Origin: Octopus bimaculoides
Taxonomy: Eukaryota
Assembly (NCBI RefSeq): GCF_001194135.2
Contig: NC_068999.1
Span: 51,718,758-51,782,757, forward strand
Length of the DNA: 64,000 nt
Reading direction: 5' to 3'
Numbering within the stretch: position 1 is the stretch's first letter; every line of letters starts with the position of its first letter. A program made the position numbers and the translations under genes. This document shows positions 1-13,720 of this stretch, one piece after another. The notes under the pieces were generated by a model that saw only the letters and a list, made by a program, of their open reading frames with translations, was not told where the DNA came from and made no database searches.

Positions 1-464
1 AAAATTACTTTGTATGCACGTTACTCTTTCAGCTCCTAAACCACATTATATGATAATTTTAGAAAGAAACAAAACTAGAGGACGTTTATTAAATTATTTA
101 TTTCTATACGTTTTTATATTTCTGGAATTAAAAAAAAAACAAAAAGGAACTGGTCTTATATTGCTAACTATAACGGTGTACATGTATACAAATATGCCTG
201 CTATATATATATATATATATATAATAATGCCAAGGTTTTTTTTTTTTTTGATAAATACATGAAGAAAACTCACACATCTGAGTGTGTCAAGGGTCGACCA
301 ATATGTTGGAATGTAACTCCTTTCTGAAAATTTTTTCTTGATGAAATAAATACCCAATTAACCAGTTTCAACTTGAACATTTTAAATTAATTTAATTTTT
401 TTAGTTGAACTAACTAGATATGGAAACGGATGTAGGGATAAAAATTTCATGTTANNNNNNNNNN

Positions 465-1040
465 GAGAGGAGGGGGAGGAGGCGGTGGAGGGGGAGTGGT
501 GGTGACGGTGGCAGTCGTAATAGTGGTGGAGTAGTTGGGTTAGCAGTTAGGTTGTGATGATGGTGGTGTTAGTGGTTATAAGGTGTGGTGATGGCAGTGA
601 TAGCAGTGGTGGTGGCAGTGATGGTGGTGGTGGCGGTGGTTGGAGAGGAACTGTGCTTTGCACAGAAGAAAAAAAAAAAAAACAAGGCACTCAAAAAAAA
701 AAGAAAACAAAAAACAATGAATAAAAGCTGGGAAACAGAATTGAACTGAAATGAAATACATATGATTAATATTTTATTAACTATTTAATAAACAAAATAA
801 GTTTTTGACATCAACAGTATGGCTGCCTTCATCATCATCATCATCATCATCAATGATAACAACATAACTACCAGCAGTAGCGATGGCACCCCCCCCCCAA
901 CAATCATCACCATTATCATCATCATCACCATCATCATCATCGTTGTTGTTATCATCATCATCACCATCATCATCATCAACAACAGCACTATAAGCAGTAG
1001 CGATAGCACCACCACCACCACCAACAACAACAACAGTGGT
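465..1040. repeat. (GGT/GAT)n and (CAT/CAC)n low-complexity arrays
   Basis: Direct inspection. Confidence 0.85.
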
Positions 1041-2989
1041 CACAGTTTCTGATGTTTTACATTTTGGCTTCAGCAAAACACATGCACGACAGGTCTTTGT
1101 GATTCCAAAAAACTACAATGACACTACTATTCAAGAGTTTGGAACCAATAGTAAATATTTCTGATTATGTTTAGTTGTAGGTGCTGGAGTGGCTGTGTGG
1201 TTAGAAGCTTGCTTCCCAACCACATCAGTTCAGTCCCACTGCACAGCACGTTGGACAAGTGTCCTCTACTATAATTGGATTCTTTACAATGACGATGCAC
1301 CCTGACTCTGAACTCTCCTTAATCGGGAGTTTCTCACCAAAAACAATATGGTGTCACTTCGCACCCACCCTATTCACTTGTTCTGTTTTTTTTTTGTTTT
1401 GTTTTTTTTTTTTGCATTTTGCATTCTGATACCAATGCCTGTGATGACACTGATTCCAAGCTGTGTCAGCTCAAAGTGGCAGACTTGCCTTTGGGTAAAA
1501 AATTGGGTATGTTGAGGGAGAAGATTTGCATGAGTGGATGCCTGCCAATCTCCCTCCAAAAAAATCTTACACCAGCTTTGCAGTATACATGCGCAGATGC
1601 ACAGTGAAGTCTGAATAATGGAGGCCCTGTCACCACACTGTCACAGTCACTACCATGGCCTTTGTCATCGTCATCATCATCATCATCGTTGTTGTTGTAG
1701 TCATTATAATCATTCTCTACTATTCAATACAGGTTTTAACAAAGGTGCTCCTCAGACATTGAAATTACAGTCACAAATGATAATAAAAGGGTTTAGCATT
1801 TTTAATGTTTATTCTTTTTTCCTTCCCTAACATGTCAAACCAACTCAGCTTGTTTAACAACTATTACAATTATGTGTGTCTGTAAATGTGTGTGTGTATA
1901 TATATATATATATGTGTGTGTATATATACTCATCTCAACCTATTGGGTTACAACCACTCCAAGCTGAAAATGTTGATACATGGTGGGAAAGGAAAAAATA
2001 TTATTTTGAACTTCATGCAATAAAATTCTTAAATGATACCATGTGGTTCGTAAGCAAGCTACTTACCACACAGCCACTCCTACACCTATTATATATTCAT
2101 TCCTCACTTGAGCTTTATCATTGTTCTTATTTGAGTGTACTTTGTCTGAAATCCTTCATCACACATCCTGTGACTTCTTCAGTGATACACACCACAGAAA
2201 GACCGATGGACTAAACTGAACAGGAGAAGACATGTGGGATGGAGAGTCATTACAGAGGTCACAAGATATGTGACAAAAGATTTCAGACAAAGGACACTAA
2301 AATAAGAATAATAAAGCTGAAGTGAAGACTAAGTGTATAGTGTGTGTGGCTAATTGGCAAAATATATGACCATCCCCAAATATAACAATTATTTAATAAT
2401 GATTTCAAACTTTGGCACAAGGCTAGCAAGTTCAGGGAGGCGAGAAATTGGAAATATGGACTCCAGTACTCAACTGGTACTTAATTTAATCAATCCCGAA
2501 ATCTGAAAGGCAAAGTCGACCTCGGTGAAATTTGAACTCAGAATGTAGTGACAAGTGAAATACCACTAAGCATTTCATCCAGTGTGCTAATGATTCTGCC
2601 ATCTCGCTGCCTTAGGTAACAATTATTTAATAATGGCTGTTTTTGATAGGATCATCTGGTGGAAGTGCCTGAAGGATCTATTCCAACGACCTTCCCGAGA
2701 ACAGTGGATAGCAAAGAGTGTTGCGGTGGATGGTCCAGTTCGAATCTGAGAAATTGTAATCTATTAACAACTTATCTCAGACGTTTTGGCGTTAACCACT
2801 AAATGGGACCTGAGTTTGTATCTTTAAAATCTAAAAGTTGGGCTTTAAAAAAATAAAATCTGTAGAAATATATTCCAATATAATGATTTTTATTAAATCA
2901 TTGTCCTTCTTTCAGAAGCCCTTTAAAAAGCTGCAGATCCAAAATCCGATCTAGCATATCACCATGCTACCTTCTTATGATGTATAATG

Positions 2990-3560
2990 ATATATATAAT
3001 GAACATGCTGTATGTAGTGTTCAGGTGAACGACAACTCACCAGAAAAAGTAACCAAGACAGCATGAACAGCACATAGAAATTTACAGGAGATGAACAGTA
3101 TATATGTCTTTAAAAAAAAAACTGGAGTATTGTTGGCAAATTTCAGGAAGCATGGAATTTTTGAAGGATGGAGGGTCACAACAGCTAGTAACAACTGATC
3201 TGGGTAATTTATTCCATGCTTCAGCAATTCTGAGTGTGAAAAAATGTTCCTGAAGGTCATGGGTGCTGTGTTATTTTTTGATTTTGAAAGCATGTCCATA
3301 AGTGTTAGACATATAGAATTCCAAAAAGAGCTTTGTGTTATTTTCATTGCTTATATCTAACACAAATCTATTCATCCTATGACCTTGTTTCAAGACCTAA
3401 ATTTAACATTCAAGAAGAATGTGAGCATGCAGAATTGAACAGTTGCAGTACAGCATAATTCCTCTCAGATATAACAATGAGTATTTAAAAGTGTGGAAAA
3501 TTCTCTAAGAAATTTCATTGAATAGACATATCAAATTTCTTAAGTTTCTTAGTAAGGTTA
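2990..3560 (-). mobile_element. CR1/L2-like LINE 3' end
   Basis: Frameshifted GHAFKIKK..FFTLRIAEAWNKLPRSVVTS..PSFKNSM, the typical C-terminus of CR1/L2-group ORF2. Confidence 0.75.
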
Positions 3561-4224
3561 GAAATGCTTTTGTTATTTCATTTGTCGTAATAACTAGTGT
3601 GTGAAAGTTTAGAAGAAATTCATTATCCTGCTAAGCAGGAAATACAATTTTAAATTTGTACAAAAGGTACATTTCTTTTCTTAACTTTCCCTTGTACACC
3701 AATCATGTTGCAAAAGACAAGAAAGAAAAAAATATTATTAAAGGGAGATAATTCTCAAACGTTTCAAATGTAAAGAGTTAATTCCCTTGCATTTGTTAGC
3801 GAGACTTCCTCTAAAAGAAAGTCGGAAATTAATTGGTGCTCCCTATTTCTGTAGTTTTTCTGACGTACATATTTTAAGGGTCACAGATTATAATTCTATA
3901 AAGAAAGAGATGTAGGTCTTATCCACCCCGATAGATATTCCCTCAATTTCCTCTATATTTATATGCATAATGTATTTCTGACGTTCATCAATTGAATTTA
4001 GACAATACTATTCTCTGTCATCGTTTTCTCTTAAGGTACAAATAAGTATTTTATTGTGTCTAGGGAGAGTCATTCTCTTTTACTAGTTTTTTTTATTTAA
4101 CACACTCACCGGTTCGATTTCCATTCATTACTTATTTACTTTTTCTAAAATTTTCGTTGCATCTTGCAACCTTTTCAATAGTCATGCTTCAATACACGAA
4201 TTCACATAAAGAATCTTGCAAACC

Positions 4225-4590
4225 AAATACTAACCCAGTAGTTAGGGCAGCGGACTCGCGGTTTCGGTTCCCAGACCGGGCGTTGTGAGTGCTTATTGAG
4301 CGAAAACACCTAAAGCTCCACGAGGCTCCGGCAGAGGATAGTGGCGAACCCTGCTGTACTCTTTCACCACAACTTTCTCTCACTCTTACTTCCTGTTTCT
4401 GTTGTGCCTGTAATTCAAAGGGTCAGCCTTGTCACACTGTGTCACGCTGAATATCCCCGAGAACTACGTTAAGGGTACACGTGTCTGTGGAGTGCTCAGC
4501 CACTTGCACGTTAATTTCACGAGCAGGCTGTTCCGTTGATCGGATCATCTGGAACCCTCGTCGTCGTAAGCGACGCAGTGCCAACAACAT
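4225..4590 (+). mobile_element. SINE family D
   Basis: Shares CAGCCTTGTCACACT...GCACGTTAATTTCAC...GGAACCCTCGTCGT with 5855-6105. Related heads (GTGTxCTTGAGCAAGxCACTTTATTTCA) at 61915-62255+, 8860-9230-, 59660-59880-. Confidence 0.8.
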
Positions 4591-7059
4591 GTGTATAAAA
4601 AAAAATTATGAGCTTAATGCATTTTCAAAGATACTTAAGCATTAGTATGAGTTTTCTGAAGCTTTTAATTAAATTTTCCAAAATCTGTGGTGAACTTAGA
4701 AAACCCTTGTATAACATCAGTGCATTGTGATACACCATTTGGGATCTACTGCATTCTACACAGCCACTGAATTGGTAAATAAGTAAAAAAAAATTTTTTA
4801 ACAGCTGTTAAATCTAGTCTACAGTATTATAAAAAGTAAGTTGTGTTGGATATAATGTATACTATTTATATTAGTCGGACTTGTGTCCTCATCTTGATTG
4901 TTGCTTTTCACTACATTTTGGCTGTGGTATGCTCCAGCCTGCTTCAGGTGACTTGTGTTGAACTCAGTTGTTGTATCAGAATTTCCAATCTAATCCATTA
5001 ATTGATCCACTGGGTTACACTGTTTCCATTGTTCTCTGATTTTCATGAGATTTTTTTGCATCTGTTTCCTGGATTCAATATATCTGGGGAAGAAAAAAAA
5101 TGTTGTAGGATGGTCATGATTGGAATGTTTTTTGATCATATAACTTCTTGAATGGGTCTGACTTAGAAGCCAAATAACAACAGTGACAACAATCACAAGA
5201 CAGCTACAACAATAGCAACACTACAATATAATGTTCCATCCTAAATCTGCAGCTAAGTAGGCCACTGGTGCACAACAATGTACACACCAACAAACTGTTA
5301 ACATAACCATGTGACATATTGTACAAGGTCACGTGGTACTGGTAGCAAGTGGCTATTGACCTAACCATAAAATAAAATATTCTACTATAATATAAATTTG
5401 TCTTCACACTACTGTACTATATTATAAACTTGTTTCATATATTTCAAAAGCTGTCTGACTCCACACCATATCATACACCAGTTTAACTTTTCCTTGTCAC
5501 TGCTATATCTATTTATTTATTTTAACCATTCCTTGCTGTGTAGCCCTGTCTGTCTGCACCTGCCATGCTCTTTAGTTTCTTTGGACAGCTTCTTGTAGCA
5601 TGCAAGTTTCAGGTGGTGAAATGGAAGAAATGGAGGAGTTGTTAAAGTGTTGGATGAAATGCCTTCATCATCATCACTGTTTTCCAGCTGGCATGGTTTT
5701 GATGGTTTGATATGGAGCTGGCTAGCAGGGAGCTGTCTGTTGTGACATAGTTTCTACAGCTAGATGTCCTTCCTAATGCCAACCACTCTACAGAGTGTAC
5801 TGGGGGCTTTTTACATGCCACCAGCAAGTATTTATTCCAGTATTCTAAGGTCATGAGTTCAATTTCCAGGAGCGTGTTGTGTCCTTGAGCAAGACACTTT
5901 ATTTCACATTGCTCCAGTCCACTCAGCTGGCAAAAATGAGTAGTACCTGTATTTCAAAGGCCCAGCCTTGTCACACTCTGTGTCATGCTGAATCTCTCTG
6001 AGAACAATGTTAAGGGTTCATGTGTCTGTGGAGTACTCAGCTACGTGCACGTTAATTTCACAAGCAGGCTGGAACCCTCGTCGTTGTAACCAATAAAGTA
6101 CCAGTTGTCCTTCAGTCAATCAGCTGATTTGTCATCCTCCTTCCATTGCCATTTCTGACCTCATCAATGACCTGCCCACATTGCAACAAGTCTCTCTCAT
6201 CTTCAATCTCTGTTATTTACATTTCTATTCTGTGAAGCTTGCGTGGGTGTGTGAGTGAACTTGTGAGTGTGTGTACATGTATGATAATGAATGTGTGAGG
6301 GGCATTGATGAACAGCAGACTGAATGTAAACACATGCATATGTATGAGTACAGCCCTTCTTGTCACTTTATATTGTATTTGACAAATTGTATTTCTAGTT
6401 TTATGACTGTCTGTTCTTTTCATTATAACTTATCTCTTATATCTCTAAGAAATTAACAATTTATTTACAAATGTATTCATTTACACATACACTCATACAT
6501 ATGTGCAGCCATTTATATACATACATACACACATAGGTGTGCTGTTCTATCGGTTGCCTTAGCAACATTATAGCGCTCCAGGCAACTCAGTACACTGGGC
6601 TTGATAATATTTATTATTTGAGAGCAAGCCACAGCATACATGGATCAAAACCGGGCCGCAGAACCTGTCAAGTCTTTGGGCAACTGCCCAGCATACCCAT
6701 GCCTTAAAACAGTGGTTCCCAGACTTTTTGGGGCTGCCTCCCCCTTAGTACCTTAGGGTTATTTTGTCTATCATTACACTCTGAGTTCAAATTCCTTAAG
6801 GTCAACTTTGTCTTTTATCCTTTTGTAGTTGATAAATTAAGTAACAGTCGAGTATTGGGGTCATTGTAATCGACTTAACCCATCCCTCCCAAATTGCTGG
6901 CCTTGTGCCATAATTGGAAACCAATATTACACATTTGTCAAAGCATGTCTGCCTCATTTCTTTCTAGCCTTTTTTTTTTCTTTGCAAATCTTTCTTAATC
7001 GATGGCTCATCTTCTGCTACAGTGCAATATTGAACTATATACACATGCATCATATTATT

Positions 7060-7290
7060 AACACTTCAGAGGAACCGGCGATTGAAGTTGACAGCCACTT
7101 TACGGTTGAAAGCTTTATTAAATATATGAAAATAAGGGAAGCAGGGATAGTCACTGAGATGGAAAAAGGGGATACAGACCAATTACTCATGTAATCAATA
7201 AGGCAGTTGAGAAAGGTCTCATGTCCAGTCATTGGTGTAGCAGTGGCAAAGCGTGATGAGTACAGCATGCGTGATCTGTACAGGGCAGCT
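7060..7290 (+). mobile_element. RTE-like LINE fragment
   Basis: FTVESFIKYMK..AGIVTEM then GYRPITHVINKAVEKGLMSSHWCSS, resembling the region just upstream of the RT domain of RTE-clade LINEs. Confidence 0.6.
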
Positions 7291-7349
7291 ATTTTATATG
7301 TGTGCATGTGTGTGTGTGTACTGAAGCGTTAAACTCACATATATATACA

Positions 7350-7393
<44 letters not shown>

Positions 7394-7438
7394 GTATATA
7401 TATATATCTCTATATATATATATACACACACACATACA

Positions 7439-7482
<44 letters not shown>

Positions 7483-7561
7483 TATATATGTATATTCATA
7501 GATATGTCTGTATGCACATGTATACACACAGATATATATCTGTATATGTATGGTTATGTAT

Positions 7562-7599
<38 letters not shown>

Positions 7600-8177
7600 T
7601 ACTTCTTTTGCTGATTCAATGCCGAACACTGCCTTCTAATTAAACTTACTTAAATTAACACTGACACACATGCTGACGTCCAGCCACCCACTCCTTCCAC
7701 CTCTGACTCCCAGTTTGCCAAAATTCTGCATCAGTCACTCTGATGTCTCTATAAAGCAACTCTCCTGCTGATAAAGCCACTGTGACTTACAACAACCTGC
7801 TCTGCTCTCAACCTTGTACTGCATTGCACACACAAAATACACTCTCCTAAACTATCCCCCCCACTTCTCTTATCGTACCATACCATCATGTACACACCTA
7901 TCCCAGAGCAAATATGTTTCTGATAACTCTCACCCGATGGTTCATAATTGAGGTTCATATGACCCTTGGGAGTCCATGTAAAATTTGTGTTAAAATTTAT
8001 GTGTAATAAATTAGTTATACTTCTTGTGGTTGTGTGGTAAGAAGCTAGCTTTCCAACCACATGGTTCTGGGTTCAGTCCCACTGCGTGGCACATGGGCAA
8101 GTATCACCTATTGTAGTCTCAGGCTGATCAAAGCTTTGTGAATGGATTTGGTAAACTGAAACTGAAAGAAACCTGTC

Positions 8178-8210
<33 letters not shown>

Positions 8211-8211
<1 letters not shown>

Positions 8212-8398
8212 ATTATCCAAAGTGTAGAGTATTATATATCCATTATGACTGATCTTACCAGTTGGTAAGATCAGGTTTCTGATGAGTGTTGGGTTACATA
8301 ATCAGATTGTTACTTAACACTCCGTTGGATCCCTAACACGAAACTGATTGCTAAGATTGGCCATAATAGATATATAATACTGTACACTTTGGATAATA
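8211..8398. mobile_element. ~190-bp inverted-repeat (MITE-like) element with internal hammerhead-like core
   Basis: ~47-bp terminal inverted repeats TATTATCCAAAGTGTA.../...TACACTTTGGATAATA; internal perfect hairpin TGATCTTACCA/TGGTAAGATCA; CTGATGA 8279-8285, stem GTGTTGGG/CCTAACAC, GAAAC 8340-8344. Confidence 0.75.
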
Positions 8399-10683
8399 TA
8401 CCCCCTCTACTGACAGATATACAAGTGCATTTTTTCCTGACTTATGCACTCTTAGATGATTTACACACACACACACACACACACACATACATACACATAA
8501 GTGGACTTCAGTTTAGTTACAGTATTTTTGTGATATATTTCAACTTTTAAAGGCAAATTCACTACGGTTACTGTTGAGAAAAATTCTCTTTTATGGTAAA
8601 AGGTGTAAAAACACTGTATCTGCCCAGTATTGCTCTCTCTCAGATTCCCAGGCATTTTAGCCTTCCTCAATGGGAAATACTGAAGTGAGGTAACTTTGGG
8701 CAGCTTTAAAGCCATAGTTTTAACTGAAAACAGTCAACAATATTGACTGAGTTGCGCTACTAGACCACCCACATTTCACCTAATTTAAAGTTCACTTATG
8801 CCTAATCACTGCTTGGTACTGATACTGCTGAATATATGTGTCAGCATAGAAGGTGGATGTTAAACGGTGACGATGATGATGATACACACACACACACAAA
8901 GGATAAAGATCCCTGTTGATCATGAATGACCATGATATTATTGTACCTAGAAAGTTACCCTCTGAGGCACGAGGTTGTTTGTGGAAGACCAGCAATTGCC
9001 CATGCATACAGGCCTCCCCTCCCCATGCCACCAGTGTTGTCCAAGGGAAAGGCAAAGGCTGATACAGTTTGGCATCAGTGGCATTGTATCTCATTTCTAC
9101 AGCTGAGTGAACTGGAGCAACATGAAATAAAGTGTCTTGCTCAAGAACACAACACAGCCTGGTCTGGGAATAGAACTTGTTGTCTTATGCTTGTGAGCAA
9201 AATGCTCTAACCACTGAGCCGTGCACTTTCACTATATATATATCATCATCATCATCATCATCGTTTAACGTCTGCTTTCCATGCTAGCATGGGTTGGACG
9301 ATTTGACTGAGGACTGGTGGAACCAGATGGCTACACCAGGCTCCTATCTGATTTGGCAGAGTTTCTACAGCTGGATGCCCTTCCTAATATATATATATAT
9401 ATATGTACACACACACACACACACACATTATATATAAGCAAGTATAAAAGTACAAACCATAAGGAGAAAAGTGGGTACTCAATGCTAAAAGTGTAGTGAA
9501 ATACCTAAATTTACTGGGAATTTGTAAACATCACAAATGGCTACTCCGATTTTCAAATATGAAACTCATAGTAAAGGTGAAGTTTTGAGCATAAAATCTG
9601 ATGTGTGTGTGTGTGTGTGTGCGTGTGTGACTGCGTGTATATGTGTGTGCACGAGTCTATGTATATGTGTATACATACATACATATATACACCCCCACCA
9701 CATGTTTGGATTGTCGTGATTATACACTTGCTTGTAAGCATGCGTTTGCCACAATACACACATACATATATATATATTTGTACATATACGTAGAAACAGC
9801 GCGCGCACACCTACGCATACATATATACATACATACATAACATTCATATATAGATAGAAGCACCAAACAGATATTTAGATAGTAAGGTGTGTGCAATTGT
9901 GTTTGCACTGCACATAACACTCCAGGAATGAATGCACTGTTTTCATAGTTCAGTTCCCACCGTTGCCTGGCTTTTATTTATATTAGACGTTGTTGGTGTT
10001 TTCTTTTTCTTTTTCCCTATCTATAAATTGTTGCTGCTGTTGTGATTTATCACTACTAGCTGCCAAAAAAACAAAAAGTAGCTGTTGCTTATATTGCTGC
10101 TGCTGCGGTTTCAATATTCCTATTGTTGATATCGTTTTTATTACTGCTGCTGCTAACACCATTTAATAATATTAATAATAATGTTGTTGTCGCTGCTACT
10201 ATAGTTATTGTGGTTGTCACTGCTGTTGTGGCTGGTCTCTGGCTGCTGCTGTTTTTGTCTATTTGTTGTTGTCGTCGTCGCTGCTGCTCAGTGTTGTATC
10301 TGGCACAGTTGGGTCTCCTCCTCCTCCTACCCCCCCACTCTTCTCGCTCTCTGTTTAGTTGACGCTAACCAAACTGCAGTTCGCTCACATACACCCAACG
10401 AAAGGAAGAGCATTTTATTTATATATAATATATATTATTGGTAAATTAAAGAGCTCTGAGTTAGAGACATATATTTATATCTGGAGAAAGAGAGAGAGAG
10501 AGTGAGTGAGAACAAGGAAAGAAAAAAAAATAGCGAGAGGAAGAAAGAAAGACAAGCAACAAACGACCATTCCATCCATATTCATATGGCATTGTTTTTC
10601 CTTTCTCTTGGAGTCATGTTATTCGCATTTTCACTTTGATTTTTCCCCCCCTCTCAACCTTAATTAACATTCTGGTTTTTCCA

Positions 10684-10747
10684 ATGTCTGACTTGTCCAC
10701 GGAGCAACCGTTCAACGTTCTGTCTTGCCCACCAAAGGAACCGGAGG
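10684..10747 (+). CDS. Putative first coding exon of the NLR-like gene (MSDLSTEQPFNVLSCPPKEPE + G)
   Basis: ATG at 10684, 21 codons plus 1 nt, then donor GG|gtaagg. Phase 1 matches the 43231 acceptor, giving ...PKEPE-E-IQDV.... Total 64+205+2320 = 2589 nt = 862 aa + stop. It follows a GA-rich UTR-like tract. The link across a 32.5-kb intron is inferred only from phase compatibility. Confidence 0.45.
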
Positions 10748-11080
10748 GTAAGGATAACAAATACCTTTTCCATTATTAATAGTAAAAGTGTTTGTTGTAA
10801 ATTACATTTGTTTTTGTATTTCCTTGTTGAGTTTTTTTTTTTTGTTTTCTTTTTTCTCTCTCTCTACAGGTTTTACCGTTTGGAGTGGATTAAGGGGGAG
10901 CTGGGGGAGAGAAATATAAACCTCCCGGCAAGCTGAATGAGGTGGGGGGGGGGCTGTTTTCCATACCCAATTCTAGCCATCAATTTAATAAGGGTACTAA
11001 AGGGTACTACTGTAATTTCCGGTAAAGAATTGCCGCTACATCGCAATATTCCATTCTATCTAAATATTTGAGGTCCCGTG

Positions 11081-11143
<63 letters not shown>

Positions 11144-13402
11144 GTATATATATAGTCTCTGTTATAAAACAACTATTAATATTGTTTATAAACTAATCCT
11201 GTTCTTTCTTCCATATAAAGTAATGTAACTGTGTATATTTAAAGCAAGTTAATCCAGTCATATCCTCACTGTCTTATCTAATCTTGCTTTAATCAGCTTT
11301 TAATGAATAATAATAATTGCTCTTAACATAGGCACAAAGCAAAAGCTTGAATTTTGGGAACGGAGTAGGGTGTATTAGATTAGATTAGATCAGCCAGTAC
11401 TTGACTGGTAATTATAATAATAATAATAATAATAATTTCTTAAAGAAACTATTATATTAAACGTTTTAATATATTCAGTTTTCACTCACAAGTTCGAATG
11501 TTATCGAGCCGAGTTTTTCTTATTTCCATCGATAATGCATCAATAAACTACCATATATTGGGGTTTGTTCCTTGAAACCACAATCACCACACATGAATTG
11601 ATATTCCGTTTTCGGATGAAATTAATAACAAGTGCAGTAGAGTTTGAGTTAAGAGTCTAGCGTAAATAACTAATCTATGAACCGGTTTCGGTTTCCAATT
11701 ATAGCCATTCCGTTTCAATTCCTTGCTAATGCCTTGAAGAAAGGTAATAAACGAGACTTTCTTTTTATGTCCATATAAGAAATGAATAATTTATTATGAC
11801 TAAACAGGAGACCATTTTTTTGTAAATAAATTTAGTCAACTGAATCGACTCTTAGTATACAGAATACAATCTTATTTTAATGAGCCCGCCAGAATCCGAA
11901 GCTGAGAATGGGGAGGGAAGTTGATTCTGATAGTGTAAATAAACCCTCTATATAATTAATTAAACATCTTTTTATATTAAACACACACACACTTGTTTAT
12001 TTCTCCACGAATTTTGAATTTTGATACGATTTAAATATATAGTTTGCTATTTTACGGAAAACACAAACAAATAAATTAAATGAAAGGGGTTGGGTTTTTT
12101 AAATTCTTCAGTAAAAGACACCTGTTTGGGATGTGTTGCAGGCAAAGGAAGAAAGACAGCTCATGTTTTGGAAGTCTTAGCATGCACCGCGACTGCTGTA
12201 CAATTTGCTATGAGCGCAAAAACGAAAAAGAAGAAACATCTTTATTCCATTGGGGATATTTCACTTAATGATATATTATCGCATTTATTTGGTTTATTTT
12301 TATTAAGTATATAAGCTGAATGAAATAAAATGTCCTGTAATTGTGGACTAGAGTGAAGATAGCATTCTTGGATAATGCAGGCAAAGGATCTAACTTAATA
12401 TAATGTATATGTGAAAAAGAAAAGGAATTTTAATTAAATTAATACTCTCATCTGCTAAATATGTATATTTCGTATTTGGTAAAAAATATATGTTATTATA
12501 ATCACGTGAAGCGACTGGAAACATTGACAAGCATTTCAGGAAGCCAGATATAAACATGATAGTTAAGTATAGTGCGACCATTAACACAGATGTATGACTG
12601 AGTATTGAATGTCTGCTGTATCTCAAACCAGATTGACAGGCGACTAAAGCTTCCCTCTACACAGGGCCGTCATAACAGCATTAAAGCACCCCCTCTGTCC
12701 AGGCCAAGCAATGCACTGGAGCCTGTGGCATTTATTTACCAACAGCTATCCACAAAATATATACATTAGCGTTGGGTTCCTTGCTCGTGGGGCCCCGAGG
12801 CAGCTTCCCAGTATACTTAAGCCTGCTTTCCCACCTACCCCACACGAGTATGTATATACAATTAAGTAAATATGGTGTTTTTGTGAGTATTTGCAGCATA
12901 GCAAGAACTGGTATTAAAACGAAATCTTCAATTTCTTGCATGTTTGTGCGCATGTTAATGTAAGTTTGGAATAACAATGATTTTTATTACACAAAGCCAC
13001 AAATTGACAGGTACTTATTCTACCAACCCCGGGAACAATTTGATCTTGGAGCATAAACGAATGATAGGATTGATTCTGCTAAATTTACACAGGGTAAGCT
13101 TCTGGTGAGACGAATCCACTAATTTTGGATATATTCAGTTCCTTTTATATCACTAATATGACATTGTCGAAAAGAGAAATATGTTGATACAATCCTTTCA
13201 CCATTCTGATACTTTCCACACACACAATAACGGACGAACTCATACTTATTTTAAGAAAAAACTTATCAGAGCAGCTGTAGGAACGAGATTTAGATTGAAG
13301 ACAAAGAGAAGAAAGCAGGCTCTGGTGATGTGTGACTGACCAACCATTAGTGAACGATGATGAATGAATGAATGAGTTGAGGCTTCAGATAGCAACTTGA
13401 TT

Positions 13403-13440
<38 letters not shown>

Positions 13441-13678
13441 TTGCGCGCGCTGATATATTAAAGGAAAATATCGGGTTTACTTGTTTTCAGAAACTGTTAT
13501 GTCTGATCATGTGTGTATTAGATGCGAACCAAATAAATCCATTTTGTTAAGGAGGTAATCTGTATTGCAATTTCGCATTCAAACATCATCTTCATCAATA
13601 TTTCTAAGAGACTCCGAGAGATATCACATTATTCAGCACAAGTTACACAAAAAATCTGCTTGTATGTATGTATGTATG

Positions 13679-13720
<42 letters not shown>

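Noticed and set aside
2650-2975. Exon-like GC-richer blocks on +
   Set aside because: Stops in all three frames within the candidate boundaries; no protein similarity recognised.
6982-7194. Exon-like ORF EEPAIEVDSHFTVESF...
   Set aside because: Better explained as a frameshifted RTE LINE fragment.
9940-10400. Possible divergent gene on - starting near 10.4 kb
   Set aside because: Only short Gln/Ala-rich low-complexity frames (under 60 aa) and no downstream exon chain were found.
12080-12314. Two overlapping Cys-containing ORFs in unique-looking sequence
   Set aside because: No recognisable motif and no convincing splice donor, so they cannot be tied to the NLR model.
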